Below are positions 38,330 through 49,280 of a stretch of DNA of 64,000 bases, piece after piece. The position numbers were made by a program, and so were the translations under genes. This DNA is from Camelus dromedarius (lineage: Eukaryota): contig NC_087437.1 of assembly GCF_036321535.1 (NCBI RefSeq), positions 104,410,001 through 104,474,000 of the forward strand. Reading direction: 5' to 3'. The first letter of the stretch is position 1; every line of letters starts with the position of its first letter. The notes beneath the pieces were generated by a model, which saw only the letters and a list, made by a program, of their open reading frames with translations, was not told the DNA's origin and did not search any database.

Positions 38330-40270
38330 TAGAAAATATACGGGTCATTTTTATTAAAATTAAAATAACTGTGTATAAATATTCCACAAAACTCATGCAG
38401 GGTCTTTTAAAAGCCAATAAAACTTTAGTTACATGTAAAAGATAAATTCTAAATAAATGGGAGGTATAGAATGTTCCTTGAGGGAAGTAGTAAATATTTC
38501 AAATATGTTAGTTCTCTACAAAATGATGTGTAATTCTAATAAACTCACAATCAAACCACAAAATTATCTTTGGCAAAATTGAGAAAATTAAAATAAACAG
38601 TATTTTAAAAGTTAGTGGATGACACACAGTAAGAAGAGATTGGCCAGTGGAAGGGAGAGATTTTGCATTTACAGACATTGAAATTCTTTATAATGCTAAA
38701 ATAATTTAGAAATGAGGACACTTGTGACATGATAGAAAAATAGAAATACAAACAAAAAATCCTGAGTAGCTATTCATCTCTAATTCATTATGTTATACTC
38801 GGGACATCTATTATTCATGAAATTCCATCAATACAATGCCTGTACTTTTCCCCAAACTGAATGGAAATGAATTCGTTATGTATTGTTCAAAAAGGGGCTA
38901 TGTAGAAAACGTTTGTAACATGTTGGCAGTTTTTTTCCTATTTTATTAAAGATGATACTAAAATTGTAGTGATAGTTGAAACATTTAACAAATGGTGTTG
39001 GGATAATTGAATGTGTTATACTCCAAAATAAACTTCAGATGGACTTTATAACAAAAGTAATATAGTTAACAATTAAATAAAAATCAGAGGAAATTAAATA
39101 AAAAGTCACAAATATAAATATTTCTAGAACAAGAGTGGTAGAAGGCAATGAGAGACTTGATTTGGGTTTTCAACAGAAAGTATATGTTTGTGTCTTTCTC
39201 AATATGAAGAACTGCTGAATCTGTATCACGTTGATGACCCCGGTGGCATCTCTCAAACATTGCCAGTACATGGTGGTATCACTCAGCCAGCCTCAGGAGC
39301 AGTCACAGGTGCAGTTAACACATACATAAAGGCAGAACCAAAAAGGAAAAAAAAACAAAAAACAAAAAACCTGCACAGATATAACAAGGAGATATATGGA
39401 AATGAGAGAAAAAGTGATAAAATGGGTGAGAAAGCCCACAGTTATGGTTCCCTTCCTACCTCCACAGCCACTTTGGTCCTGCATGCTAATGCAAGTTGAC
39501 ATCTATCATCTGCTATCATCTGGCCAGATTAAGATCTGACTGGAACATTCCCACAGTGTGTACATATTGTGGGGTCCAGAGGGAATCCACAGACTCTACT
39601 CCCAATAGAAAACTTGTGCTGGGTGGACCTGTCCTCATTAACAGAAGATGGATTACATGCCCTTACTCTCAAAAAATCAACCAGGAACTTCTGGTGATAC
39701 TTTCAATAAAAAGAAAATGTCATTAAATAGAAAAAGAGAACAGTTCAGAAAAATATTCACCTATGGCAGAATTCAGTGGTATATGATGTCAATAATAAAA
39801 TCCATTATTTCTAGTAAATAAAAATGAGAAAAAAAGGTAATAAGGCATTCAGATTGAGATCTCAAGATTATAAATTAATGAGGAACATTACATTATGCTG
39901 TTAATACTGTGGAAAATTGGATCAGTTAAGTCTGTACAAACTTTCAGAATGCAGAAGAGATAAACATGAATATGAAGATAGGGAAGATGATACACAGAGA
40001 ACAGATACTATACAGATGAATATTCTTTCTAAAAAAGATACGGGAATGAAATGAACAAAAGCAAAAACCAAAGACAAAAAACATAATGCATGCGCTGTGG
40101 AGGAGACATCAGAAGATCTACATCAGTAAATCAAAGGGGTTATTGCAGACCAGGCTATATTAAATGACAGAAATGAAAATGCTAGATAATATGCAGATAA
40201 AATTCTAGCATTCCCAATATAAAGGAAGAAATGTTCCAAAAATTACGTATGTGGTGGATTTCTTATAGTT
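38330..40270 (+). mobile_element. Fragments of very old LINE-1 (L1ME-like)
   Basis: AAATAAATGGGAGGTATAGAATGTTCCTTGAGGGAAG..; TTTAACAAATGGTGTTGGGATAATTG; A-rich strand bias. Confidence 0.5.
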
Positions 40271-40299
40271 GTTCTTTGTAGCTTTTATACCTCCACTGA

Positions 40300-41535
40300 T
40301 CACTCCATTTTCTGTCTACTCCTTTCTCCTTTTTATTATTTCCTTTAACACAATACAACTTACCTAGATTCTAAATATGCATTCCCCTCCCACCTTCCTG
40401 CCAGGTTCTTATACACATTACCAAACTTCTCACCTGGAGAGCTACAAAACTCCTCAGATCTTTTCATGCTCCTGTATAACTTTTTACATATTATGAGTAG
40501 ATTCTATATTTAAAATACACTGAAGCACCCAAGTGTACTATTTGATGACTATGTGGTGCTTAGGATAAAGTTTAACATCTTTACCAGAGCCTAGCCTCCA
40601 ACAACCCTCCAGCCCCTTTGCTGGGAACTGACATAATGTCTTATATCCATTTTATTGGGTTGTTACATTCTTTCTTACTCCACGGCTTTGAATATCCTGA
40701 TTCCTCTACTTAGATGTCTTCTCTATCCCATTCTTCACACACAGCAGGTCAGTTTCCCTTGAAATCTTTCCCAAACAATAAATGTTGGAAATGGTTCCCT
40801 CCACATGTCCTATCATACTTGTGATGCAGGAAAACAGATATGGGGCATGAGGAGGGCTGTGTCCCAGGCTTCGGTTGAGCCCCTGGGACGTGCCCCGCCA
40901 AGTGTGGGTCCTTGGCTTTGCGCAGGAAAGAATTCAAGAGTGAGCCACAGTTGAGTAAATGTAGATTTATTCAGAGAGATACATTGAAAGGCAAGAGAAA
41001 GCCACCAGGTGTGGGGGTTGGGTACTCGATTAAGAGTAGTACACACTCCATAGACAGAATGCGGGCCGTCTCTAAACAGGGAGAGAGAGGGGCGGCCGCG
41101 AGGCGCCATGTTGCCAGTTTTTATGGGCTTGGTGGCTTCATATGCTAATAAATGGAAGGACCAGTCTAAGTAGCCTGGGGAAGGGGCTGGGATTTCCAGG
41201 AATTTGGCCATTTCCCACTCTTTGACCTTTTGTGGCTAGCCTTGGGACTGCCATGGTGCCTATGGGCGTATTATTTACCATGTTAATATATTACAATGAG
41301 TGTATAATGAGGCTTAAGATCTACTAGAAGTTAAATCTCTCACCATCTTGAGCCTCAGGGCCTACTGGGGGTTGGCTTTTTCCCCATATTGATGTTAATT
41401 GCTGTAGCATTCCTTGAGTGGTTGTGCCCTGCCCCTTCCTGTTTCATTTGTAGCTACTTTCCAAATGTTTTCCTTTCTTACACTATTACAAACCCACTGC
41501 CTAGTTCACAATAAACACACTGTTGAAAGAACTAT
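40300..41535 (+). mobile_element. LINE-2 3' fragment interrupted by the LTR at 40822-41446
   Basis: ..GCTTAGGATAAAGTTTAACATCTTTACCAGAGCC..GGCTTTGAATATCCTGATTCCTCTACTTAGATG..CACTGCCTAGTTCACAATAAACAC..TGTTGAA. Confidence 0.45.
40822..41446 (-). mobile_element. ERV1-type solo LTR (copy B), younger-looking and CpG-retaining
   Basis: TGATGCAGG...CCTGTTTCA termini and TSD CTTG/TTTG. Translations of both copies share sequence, e.g. MNSFLRKAKDPHLAGHVPG vs MNSILCKAKDPHVAGHVPG. Confidence 0.9.
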
Positions 41536-41810
41536 TTATGTTTGTGTTGTGTCTGTCTCGATGTGGATGTATGTGTGTCTGTGAGAAAAAGACAGAGACA
41601 GAGACAGAAAGACTTTCAAGTTATCATTTTACCTGTGATTATCTCTGAATGGTGTAATTAGAGATGATCTTTTTTTTATCCTTTTTTAAACATTTCTGTC
41701 TGTTTCGTATTTTCCATCATATACACGTATCACATTTTATTGAAAAAAGTACTAAAAGCCTTAAGAAAAAAAACCCAAAATAGTTTAACCATCTCTACTT
41801 CTTGAAGTCA

Positions 41811-42427
41811 TGTATTAATTTCTTTACTGTCGCTATAACAAATTACCAAAATTTAGTGGCTTAAAAAAGGTAAGTTTATTACTGTACCATTCTGTGAGTC
41901 AGAATTCTGAAATGTGTCTCGTTGGACTAAAACCAAGGTGCCATCAGCTTGCTTTCCTTTCTGCACCCTGTAGGAGATGAACTTTTTCCTTGCTCATTTG
42001 GGTTTTTGAGAGATTACATTTCTTGAAATTATAGGACTGAGGTCCTCATTTTCTTACTGACTGTAGACTGAGGACTATTTCCAGCTTCTGGAGATTGCCA
42101 CATTCCTTAGGTAGCTCATGGCTTCCTTCATCTGCACAAACAGCAATGGCAGGTCAGGTCCTTTCAGTGTGTCTTTCTAATCCCTTCTTCCACTGTTATA
42201 TCTTTCTATGATTACAGCAAGGAATAACAGTTCTCTGTTTTTTAGGATTCATGTGAATAGATTAGGCACACCTGGGTAATCTCAGTCCAATTCAAGATCC
42301 TGAACCATATTCACATCTGCAAACTCCCTTTTTGCCATGTAAGGTGATCTCGTATTAGAGTCTGGGGATTAAGTCATGGGTATGTTCGGTGGAAGCACTG
42401 GGGGAGGGCATTAGTCTGCCCACCACA
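41811..42427 (-). mobile_element. MaLR solo LTR, MLT1E-like
   Basis: TGTATTAATTTC..GCTATAACAAATTACCAAAATTTAGTGGCTTAAAA..TAGGACTGAGGTCCTCATTTTCTT..CACATCTGCAAACTCCCTTTTTGCCATGTAAGG..TCTGCCCACCACA. Confidence 0.85.
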
Positions 42428-43499
42428 GAGTGCAAATCAGCTACTCAAACCACATTACCTGAATATTCAGCCTCAGAAATTAAGATTCAAATATAGCTTT
42501 GACAAGAGTCTCTGTCTTTGCATTTAAGCTTTTACATTTTTAACAGGTGAAATACGTAGTAAGTTATGATTGGAAAATAATTGTATTGAATCTAAGTTTT
42601 ATTACCATCGAATCTGCTGATGGCAAAATGGATCACCCTTTTAACAGACCATGGGAGAGTTAGTATAAGAGAAAGCAATTCAGTCTTTAGTGTTTTTAGT
42701 AAATATATTAAAGAAACATTCATTTAATGCTTGTTATTTTACTATATTTTCCTATCTCATGTATTATTTCATTTTGCAGTGATGTAATTTCTTCCTTGAT
42801 TTATCTTTTGTCATGATAATAATGAAAAATCATTTTGAGCTGTTAGAAGAATCTTGATCCATAGCAATTTGAAATCTTCCTTTTTTTATCATTATTGTCC
42901 TTATAGATCAAATCATTTTTTTCTCTAGGTCTAACTGGATGTGTTTATTTCATTGTTTATAAGGAGAATTAATGTCTCTGTCTTTTATTGTATTTCAGGT
43001 TTATTAGTTATTGTCTCTTATTTTTCATAACTTACTTATAAACGCTTGACTTCTAGTTGAATAATATCTCTAATAACAAAACTGACGTGTAAGATGTATT
43101 TTTGCAAATAATGAGATTTTTCTGACTTAGTGTTTTTTAAAACAGTGCCAAGTAATATTATGAGTTCAAGATACATAAACTGTAATTAACCTTTAATACC
43201 AGACAATAAATGTCAAGAGAATAGATTATCCAGTTATTTTCGTGGTGGTGGGCTGGGGAAATGATGAATTACAGCATGAATCACTATCTACGTAGAGGAT
43301 ACTCAGTTACATTGTGCACATGGTGGAAAATATGAAAGAGGAGCAAGATGTAAGAGACTTAGGTTTTAATATTTCCCAGGCCTATCAGTTGCTAGTCCTT
43401 TCCCCCATTACATTCTCAGTTTCTTTATTAGGTAAATATTGATATTAAGTGATTGTGTCTTTTATATATGTGCAGTTTTATTCCTGCTATGTTTTCTGT

Positions 43500-44400
43500 T
43501 TTTATTTATCCTGTTTCATCAAGATGAGCTTCTCTACTTTACTGTTAAATGCTAGACAACCCACTTCTCTTCTTGCTCTGTACCCTGTATAATCAGTCCT
43601 GCCCTAGGTAACTTACGATCCATGAATTCATTTACTATATGCCAATGATTCCCCAATTTGTGTCTCTCACAAACTTGGACTTATCCTGATCCACATACTC
43701 AATCATTACCTTGATATTTCCACTCTATTTAGAATTCTCAACAATCCTTTAGACTCAGCATTTACAAAATACAACCTATGTATTGTTCTTTTCCCCAAAT
43801 TGTTTCCATTTGGTGATGCTAATATTCATCAGGGCCATCCATCTGTACAGCTTACAAAAAACTTACTCTTCTTGAAAAACCATTCTCCCCTGCCTTCTTT
43901 CAATCCATAACATCTTTTCAATTGTATTTCCTAAATTTATTTCAATTTATCACCCCTCCCTTTTTTTTTTTTTTAGATTTCCAATTAATCTTCACTACTG
44001 CCACCTGTTAACAGTACTTCTGGAAGGTTCTCCAAAATAATCTCCTTTCATTTACTCTGATCCTCATCTGATCCGTTATCTCCACTACTGACAGTCTTAT
44101 TTATTAAATAAAAGCTACATTATGTGTTACCTTTTCTTTAAAACAGCCGGTCCTGCTACTTCCTGAACATGGCCTCAAACATATTGGAGGATCTTTCTGA
44201 CTCATCGTTTGCTATTTCCTTCTTCACTTTTTGAATTCTAGCCCCAGTGGGCTTTGATTGTTCAGGTCCTGTAAAATTTTACACCTCTCTGGATAGCAAT
44301 GCTACCTCTGTTTCAACTAAGTAATTTATTTTTAATCCACCACCTCTTAGCACAAAAATTATTACCTCTGAGAATAAGAAGCCAGATCAGTAAGGTGTTT
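43500..44400 (+). mobile_element. LINE-2 fragment including the decayed RT YADD motif region
   Basis: TATGCCAATGATTCCCCAATTTGTGTCTCT translates YANDSPICVS (L2 consensus about YADDSQIYIS), followed by pyrimidine-rich L2-like text. Confidence 0.6.
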
Positions 44401-44454
44401 ACTTCAAAACTTGTAGAAATTTATAGCTAGAGCATAATATTATAAAAATTACAA

Positions 44455-44660
44455 CAATCATGACATTGATTAATGTGCACAAACTGCTCACAACAATGCC
44501 ACGTGGTAGGCACAAGTGTTATCAGATTTCACAGATATGGAGAATGAAGTTTGGAGAGTTTATATAAATTGCTTAATGTCACACAGTCAATAAGAAGTGA
44601 AGGCATGATGCAAACCTAGATAATTTGATAGGAAGGTCATATATTAATCAGGATACTGCC
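44455..44660 (-). mobile_element. MIR SINE
   Basis: CTCACAACAATGCCACGTGGTAGGC..ATTTCACAGATATGGAGAATGAAGTTTGGAGAGTT..TTGCTTAATGTCACACAGTCAATAAG. Confidence 0.7.
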
Positions 44661-45285
44661 TCAGAATCAGAGTTCCCTTCCACGTTAATCTATTGTAATT
44701 TAAAAAATGAGATATGACCTGGGTGATGAGAGTGTTTAGATTGTTATGGAAATGCTGACTCTGCCTGATCTAAAAGGCAATCTAAATATTTTCTAAATTA
44801 TATTGTATTTGTCAATGATTTTTTTTCTATTTTTGATTAGAAGTATTTCATTGTACAGATTTATCATTATTGCTGTGTCATAGTTGAAAATGTCAACCTA
44901 TATTTGAGAAAAGACATCACTATTAAAATTATATTTTCAATTTTATTTTAACATTTCTCATTGAGTAAGAAAATAAAATTAAGTTTTCCTTTAACTCTTG
45001 TGTAACACTAGTGGTTCTGGCATTTTTAAATTCGAATTGCATACAAAATAGTTTCTGAAGGGAAAAATTTGGAAACTGAAGATTTGATTGATGCTAATAA
45101 TCTACGAATTATTTCCTACAAATTATGGTATTATGCTAGATCAGATTTGTCTACAATAATTCATAAGATAGTTACTATAAATAAGATAAGGGAAACAAGA
45201 AGAAAAAAGTGAAACATGACCTTGGAAACGGACAGCTAAAATCTAGGATGTAGTGTTTCTTACTGACATAAAAAATTCCATATAA

Positions 45286-45731
45286 TGTTAACATCAGAAT
45301 AGAACACTCCATGCTCACTGTGGAAGTAAAAGCAAGACCACTCTTGAATCATGTCTGTGTGTAGGAAGAAGACAAAGAGCTTAGCCACTACAAAAATAAC
45401 CAAAACTTTTTTTCTAGCTATTTCTTTGCCAATGACAGTTCTAGCCCTCTTCACTTATCTCCTCGTATAGATAAGAATTGTTTAGATAACCACTTCTTGA
45501 ATCAACCTTATTTATTGGTATCCTACAATCCAGAACAAACTGTTGCTTCCATGAGCCCTCTTTAAGATCACTTAACAACTCAAACCCCATAGACTCCTGA
45601 TTCTCTCTTACTGAAAACATTCACAATTCCTTTAATATTGTCTCCCTCATTACAACAAGTTAACAAACCTAACTTTTTTTTTTTTGCCACAATTGTTTTC
45701 CAGGTAGCCTTTTGGATCTGGACTTTTAACA
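45286..45731 (+). mobile_element. ERV1-type solo LTR (MER67-like)
   Basis: TGTTAACA...TTTTAACA termini; AAGCAAGACCACTCTTGAATCATGTCTG and CTCCCTCATTACAACAAGTTAACAAACCTAACTTT motifs. Confidence 0.6.
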
Positions 45732-46806
45732 ACATTGTGCAACAAAATTAGACCAGTTTGGTTGGAACTTAATTTTCAGCTAAGAGTGGTATGTAACAAT
45801 TTTGATGTAGTTGGTAAAGGCCAGATTGTGCAAGGTCAAAAAGGTCTTATTAATATTTATTTTATTTTATTTTACATTTATTGAATACACAAATTGATTT
45901 AGACAGGTTCATAATTGATATCTATTATATATAGTATATAGTTTATATTCTATTGCATACATGTGTACATGTGAATATACATATAGATGTTAGTTGTATT
46001 TTTCTTTTACTTTTATTAGGATTTGGTATGTTGCCTTAAATCGAGCCTTTTTATGTACTTAGTTTTATTATTCCAATGACAGTTCAATGTGATCTCATGT
46101 TATTATATCAATGAGTTCCTACTTTTTAAAAATAAAATCATAGTAACATTGAAGGTAATGTTACTTTCCATGCTGCTCCATGAATTTCAAACAAAATATT
46201 TCCTGTCACCTTGGTCCCCATGTTGGAAACTACATACTTTTGTCATAAGTGCAGCATCATGACATATGATATGGAAGTTTCAGTTGATCAATCTGCAAGG
46301 GAAAAAAAACTATCATCCCTTATGTCTTATGAAATTCAGAAATTTTGATAGAGAATGTACAGAAGTACCTATTTCTTACTTCAACTTATCTTGAAAATAA
46401 GAGTAAAGGGAACCTAAATTATTACCTTCATCAATATCATTAAGGAAAACATTCTGAAAAGGTCTTTTTAGGAAAAAATTAGTGTTGGATGTCCCTATCC
46501 ATAAGAACACAGTTTCAAAGATTCTTGCTGAATGGATGTAAGTCTTAACATATAAAAGATAATTTTCAGTGATCTAACCAAAGAAGTGCTATTATTGCAT
46601 ATGATGAGCCATGTCAAGGACATTAAATAAACTATATAGTCATTGAGTTCATTCCACTATTGGCCCAATACAGGGACTGAAATATGGAAATAGTAGACAA
46701 ATTATCCCAGGGGAGATTTACAGAGGGGAAGAACCCACCAAGAGGATTAGTTGATTCTTTCTTTCCAGTTATTTAGGGCAACTATAATTATTGTTCCATT
46801 ACAAGA

Positions 46807-46902
46807 TAAAAATAAAAATAAAAATAAAAATAAAAATAAAAATAAAAATAAAAATAAAAATAAAAATAAAAATAAAAATAAAAATAAAAATAAAAATAAA
46901 AA
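46807..46902. repeat. Perfect (TAAAAA)16 hexanucleotide microsatellite
   Basis: Read directly; explains the KNKNKN ORF. Confidence 0.95.
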
Positions 46903-48052
46903 TAAGAAGCCCCTCATGCTACTATTAAGCCAAAATCCCTGAGAAACACAAATCTCTGGGGAGTCAACTATAATTCACGGTAGCTGAGTAAGTGACCAAA
47001 ATGACATAATCATTCCTCCACTAGTTAGAGTAATTTTCAAAGAAAGAAATTCACACTAATCACATTCCATATAAATTCCTTACTCTTCAGGAGAAGGATA
47101 CAAGAATACATGATTTTTTTCCAATCAAAAAATCCCTGTCCCTGCTACCAATCTACAAATTACCTAGTTTTCCCAAAGACAGCTATCTGAGACACATCTC
47201 TGGCCTATACTTTCAAAGTCTCTAAAACCCCTGGGAACATCACAGCAGACCCTTTTCACCTGGAAACAGACAGTCTCCCACACCAGGAAATGTCTTCAGA
47301 GAGTTAGAAAACCTGCACCCCCCTGCCACCACTTCACAACCCTGCATCTTTCCAAAACTAGTGCTAAGAACCAAACTGCTCATCAGGACTAGAACTCTCT
47401 GAGAATGACAGTCACCTCTGCTATGGATGTCTCTCTCTAGTATTTAGAAGGGTGCTGAAAAGTATTGCTCTAAAGCACAGTATTCGTCATATCCTTTTCC
47501 TGACAATCATCACGATTCAATCCCCTCTTTCTGGCTTTCTCTCTTCTCTACTACTCTACTTTTATCCCCATAGTGCTGCTTTTTATTTGCGCTGACTTAA
47601 CTTCTAATTCCTCCTTTCTAAATTCAAACTCAACATTTCAAAGACACTGGAATCCACAGCAGGTGGAAGGAATACCTGATTCAGTGGTCCAGTGAGAATA
47701 AGGAGTATCACCATGACAGGGGGAGAATGGGTAAAAGAATCCAAAGGTATGTTCAGAGAATGGCTCTAAGGAACAGCCAGGCAGGAAGAAATTCAGCAAA
47801 AGGACTGTGTCTCTAAATTTTTCCAATTCCAAAAATCTGATTTAGACAAAATCACTACGTTTATTTCAGTCAGATTATTTGATCAAAACTCATCAGTTCA
47901 CTTCATCTAAATTAGCTGCCAATTCTAATTCAGTAATGTTTCTATTATCTGGGGCAATTCATTTATTATTATGTTAAAGAATATCTCATAACCCTAAAAA
48001 TTAAGAGAAACAAAGATATTAAGATATTATATAAAGATGCTATATATTGAAG

Positions 48053-48292
48053 CAGGGGTTAATAAAATGCAGCTTACGGGCAAAATCCAACATGCTGCCC
48101 TTTTTGCTTTATTTTATCTTTATGTTTAAATAAAGTCTGACTGGAACACAGTTATGCCTATTAATTTATGTATTATTTAAGGCTGCTTTCACACCATCAC
48201 AGCAGAATTGAGTGGTCCTGCCATAGATCATCTGGCCTGCAGAGCCAAAATATTTATTTTATGGACCTTTATAAAAAAAAAGTTAATCCCTG
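48053..48292 (+). mobile_element. MER58A-like (hAT-Charlie) DNA transposon
   Basis: CAGGGGTT...AATCCCTG termini; AAATAAAGTCTGACTGGAACACAG..GGCTGCTTTCAC..GCAGAATTGAGTGGT..TGGCCTGCAGAGCCAAAATATTTA. Confidence 0.85.
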
Positions 48293-48956
48293 AATTAAAA
48301 GAATATTTTTGTAGAATCCCAAATCCAAAGTATTTTGAACAACATACCAATACTTCAGTTATAGAGAAGGCTCTTTAAATTTGTGGATTTTAACATACTG
48401 TAATAATTGTATTATGACTCATGTAGTTGCATTGTGAGAATGAATGATGCATGATTTGGGGCAATTATGTTCCCATTTCAGTAGTTACTGATGTAATTTT
48501 ATGATGAATAAATGTTTGTCATATCAATATAAAATATATTCATTTCACATACCTCCCCACAACCAGGCAAAATGGTTTATAGCCTCGGGCTATAAACAGG
48601 AAGAAAAGCTCCATCCAATCGCCTAGGGTTGCAGCCCACTAATATTTGTTTCCATTCTTTTTCGGTAACTCTGTGAATAGTGCTAATACTTGTTTACAAA
48701 ATTCCTTAAAAATATGCCTTCTCACTTTTCTCTCTTTCCAATCAAAATAGCAGGCCTTTCTTGCTCATCATAACTGGCTTTGCCCTGATGCTAAAACTTT
48801 TGGTACCAGAGATAATGTTCTTAGGGCCATGTGGGATCATTTTTGCACATTTGTAATCGCATGTACTGGATTCTGCAGCCAGGGCTGCTGTAGTCTCAGA
48901 GATCACTGCTGATCTATAACGTATTTTAAGCAACTGAACTAATTTCACTGGGTTTT

Positions 48957-49280
48957 TGCTATAGACTGAATATTTGTGTCCCTCCAAAATTCATACGTTG
49001 AAGCCAAATCTCCAATGTAATAATATTTTGAGGAAGGGCCTTTGGGAGGTGATTTGGTCATGAGAATGGAACCCTCATAAGCAGGATAAGTTTTCTTATA
49101 AGAAATACCCCAAAGAACTCTCTTGCCCCTTTCACGATATGAGGACACCGTGGGAACATGGCAGTCAGGAAGTGAGATCTCACCAGGCATGGAATGTGGT
49201 CTTTTCAGTTTCAGCAATTGTGAAAAATTAATTTCTGTTTATAAGCTAACCAGTTATAGCATCTCAAACTAACTCAGACA
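48957..49280 (+). mobile_element. MaLR solo LTR, MLT1A-like
   Basis: TGCTATAGACTGAATATTTGTGTCCCTCCAAAATTCATACGTTGAAGCC..GGGCCTTTGGGAGGTGATTTGGTCATGAG..ACTCAGACA. Confidence 0.9.

Noticed and set aside
39188..39499. 103-aa ORF with an NLS-like PKRKKK
   Set aside because: The basic stretch is translated from an A-rich tract; no recognisable homology or splice structure.
46751..46942. KNKNKN repeat protein
   Set aside because: Translation of the (TAAAAA)16 microsatellite.
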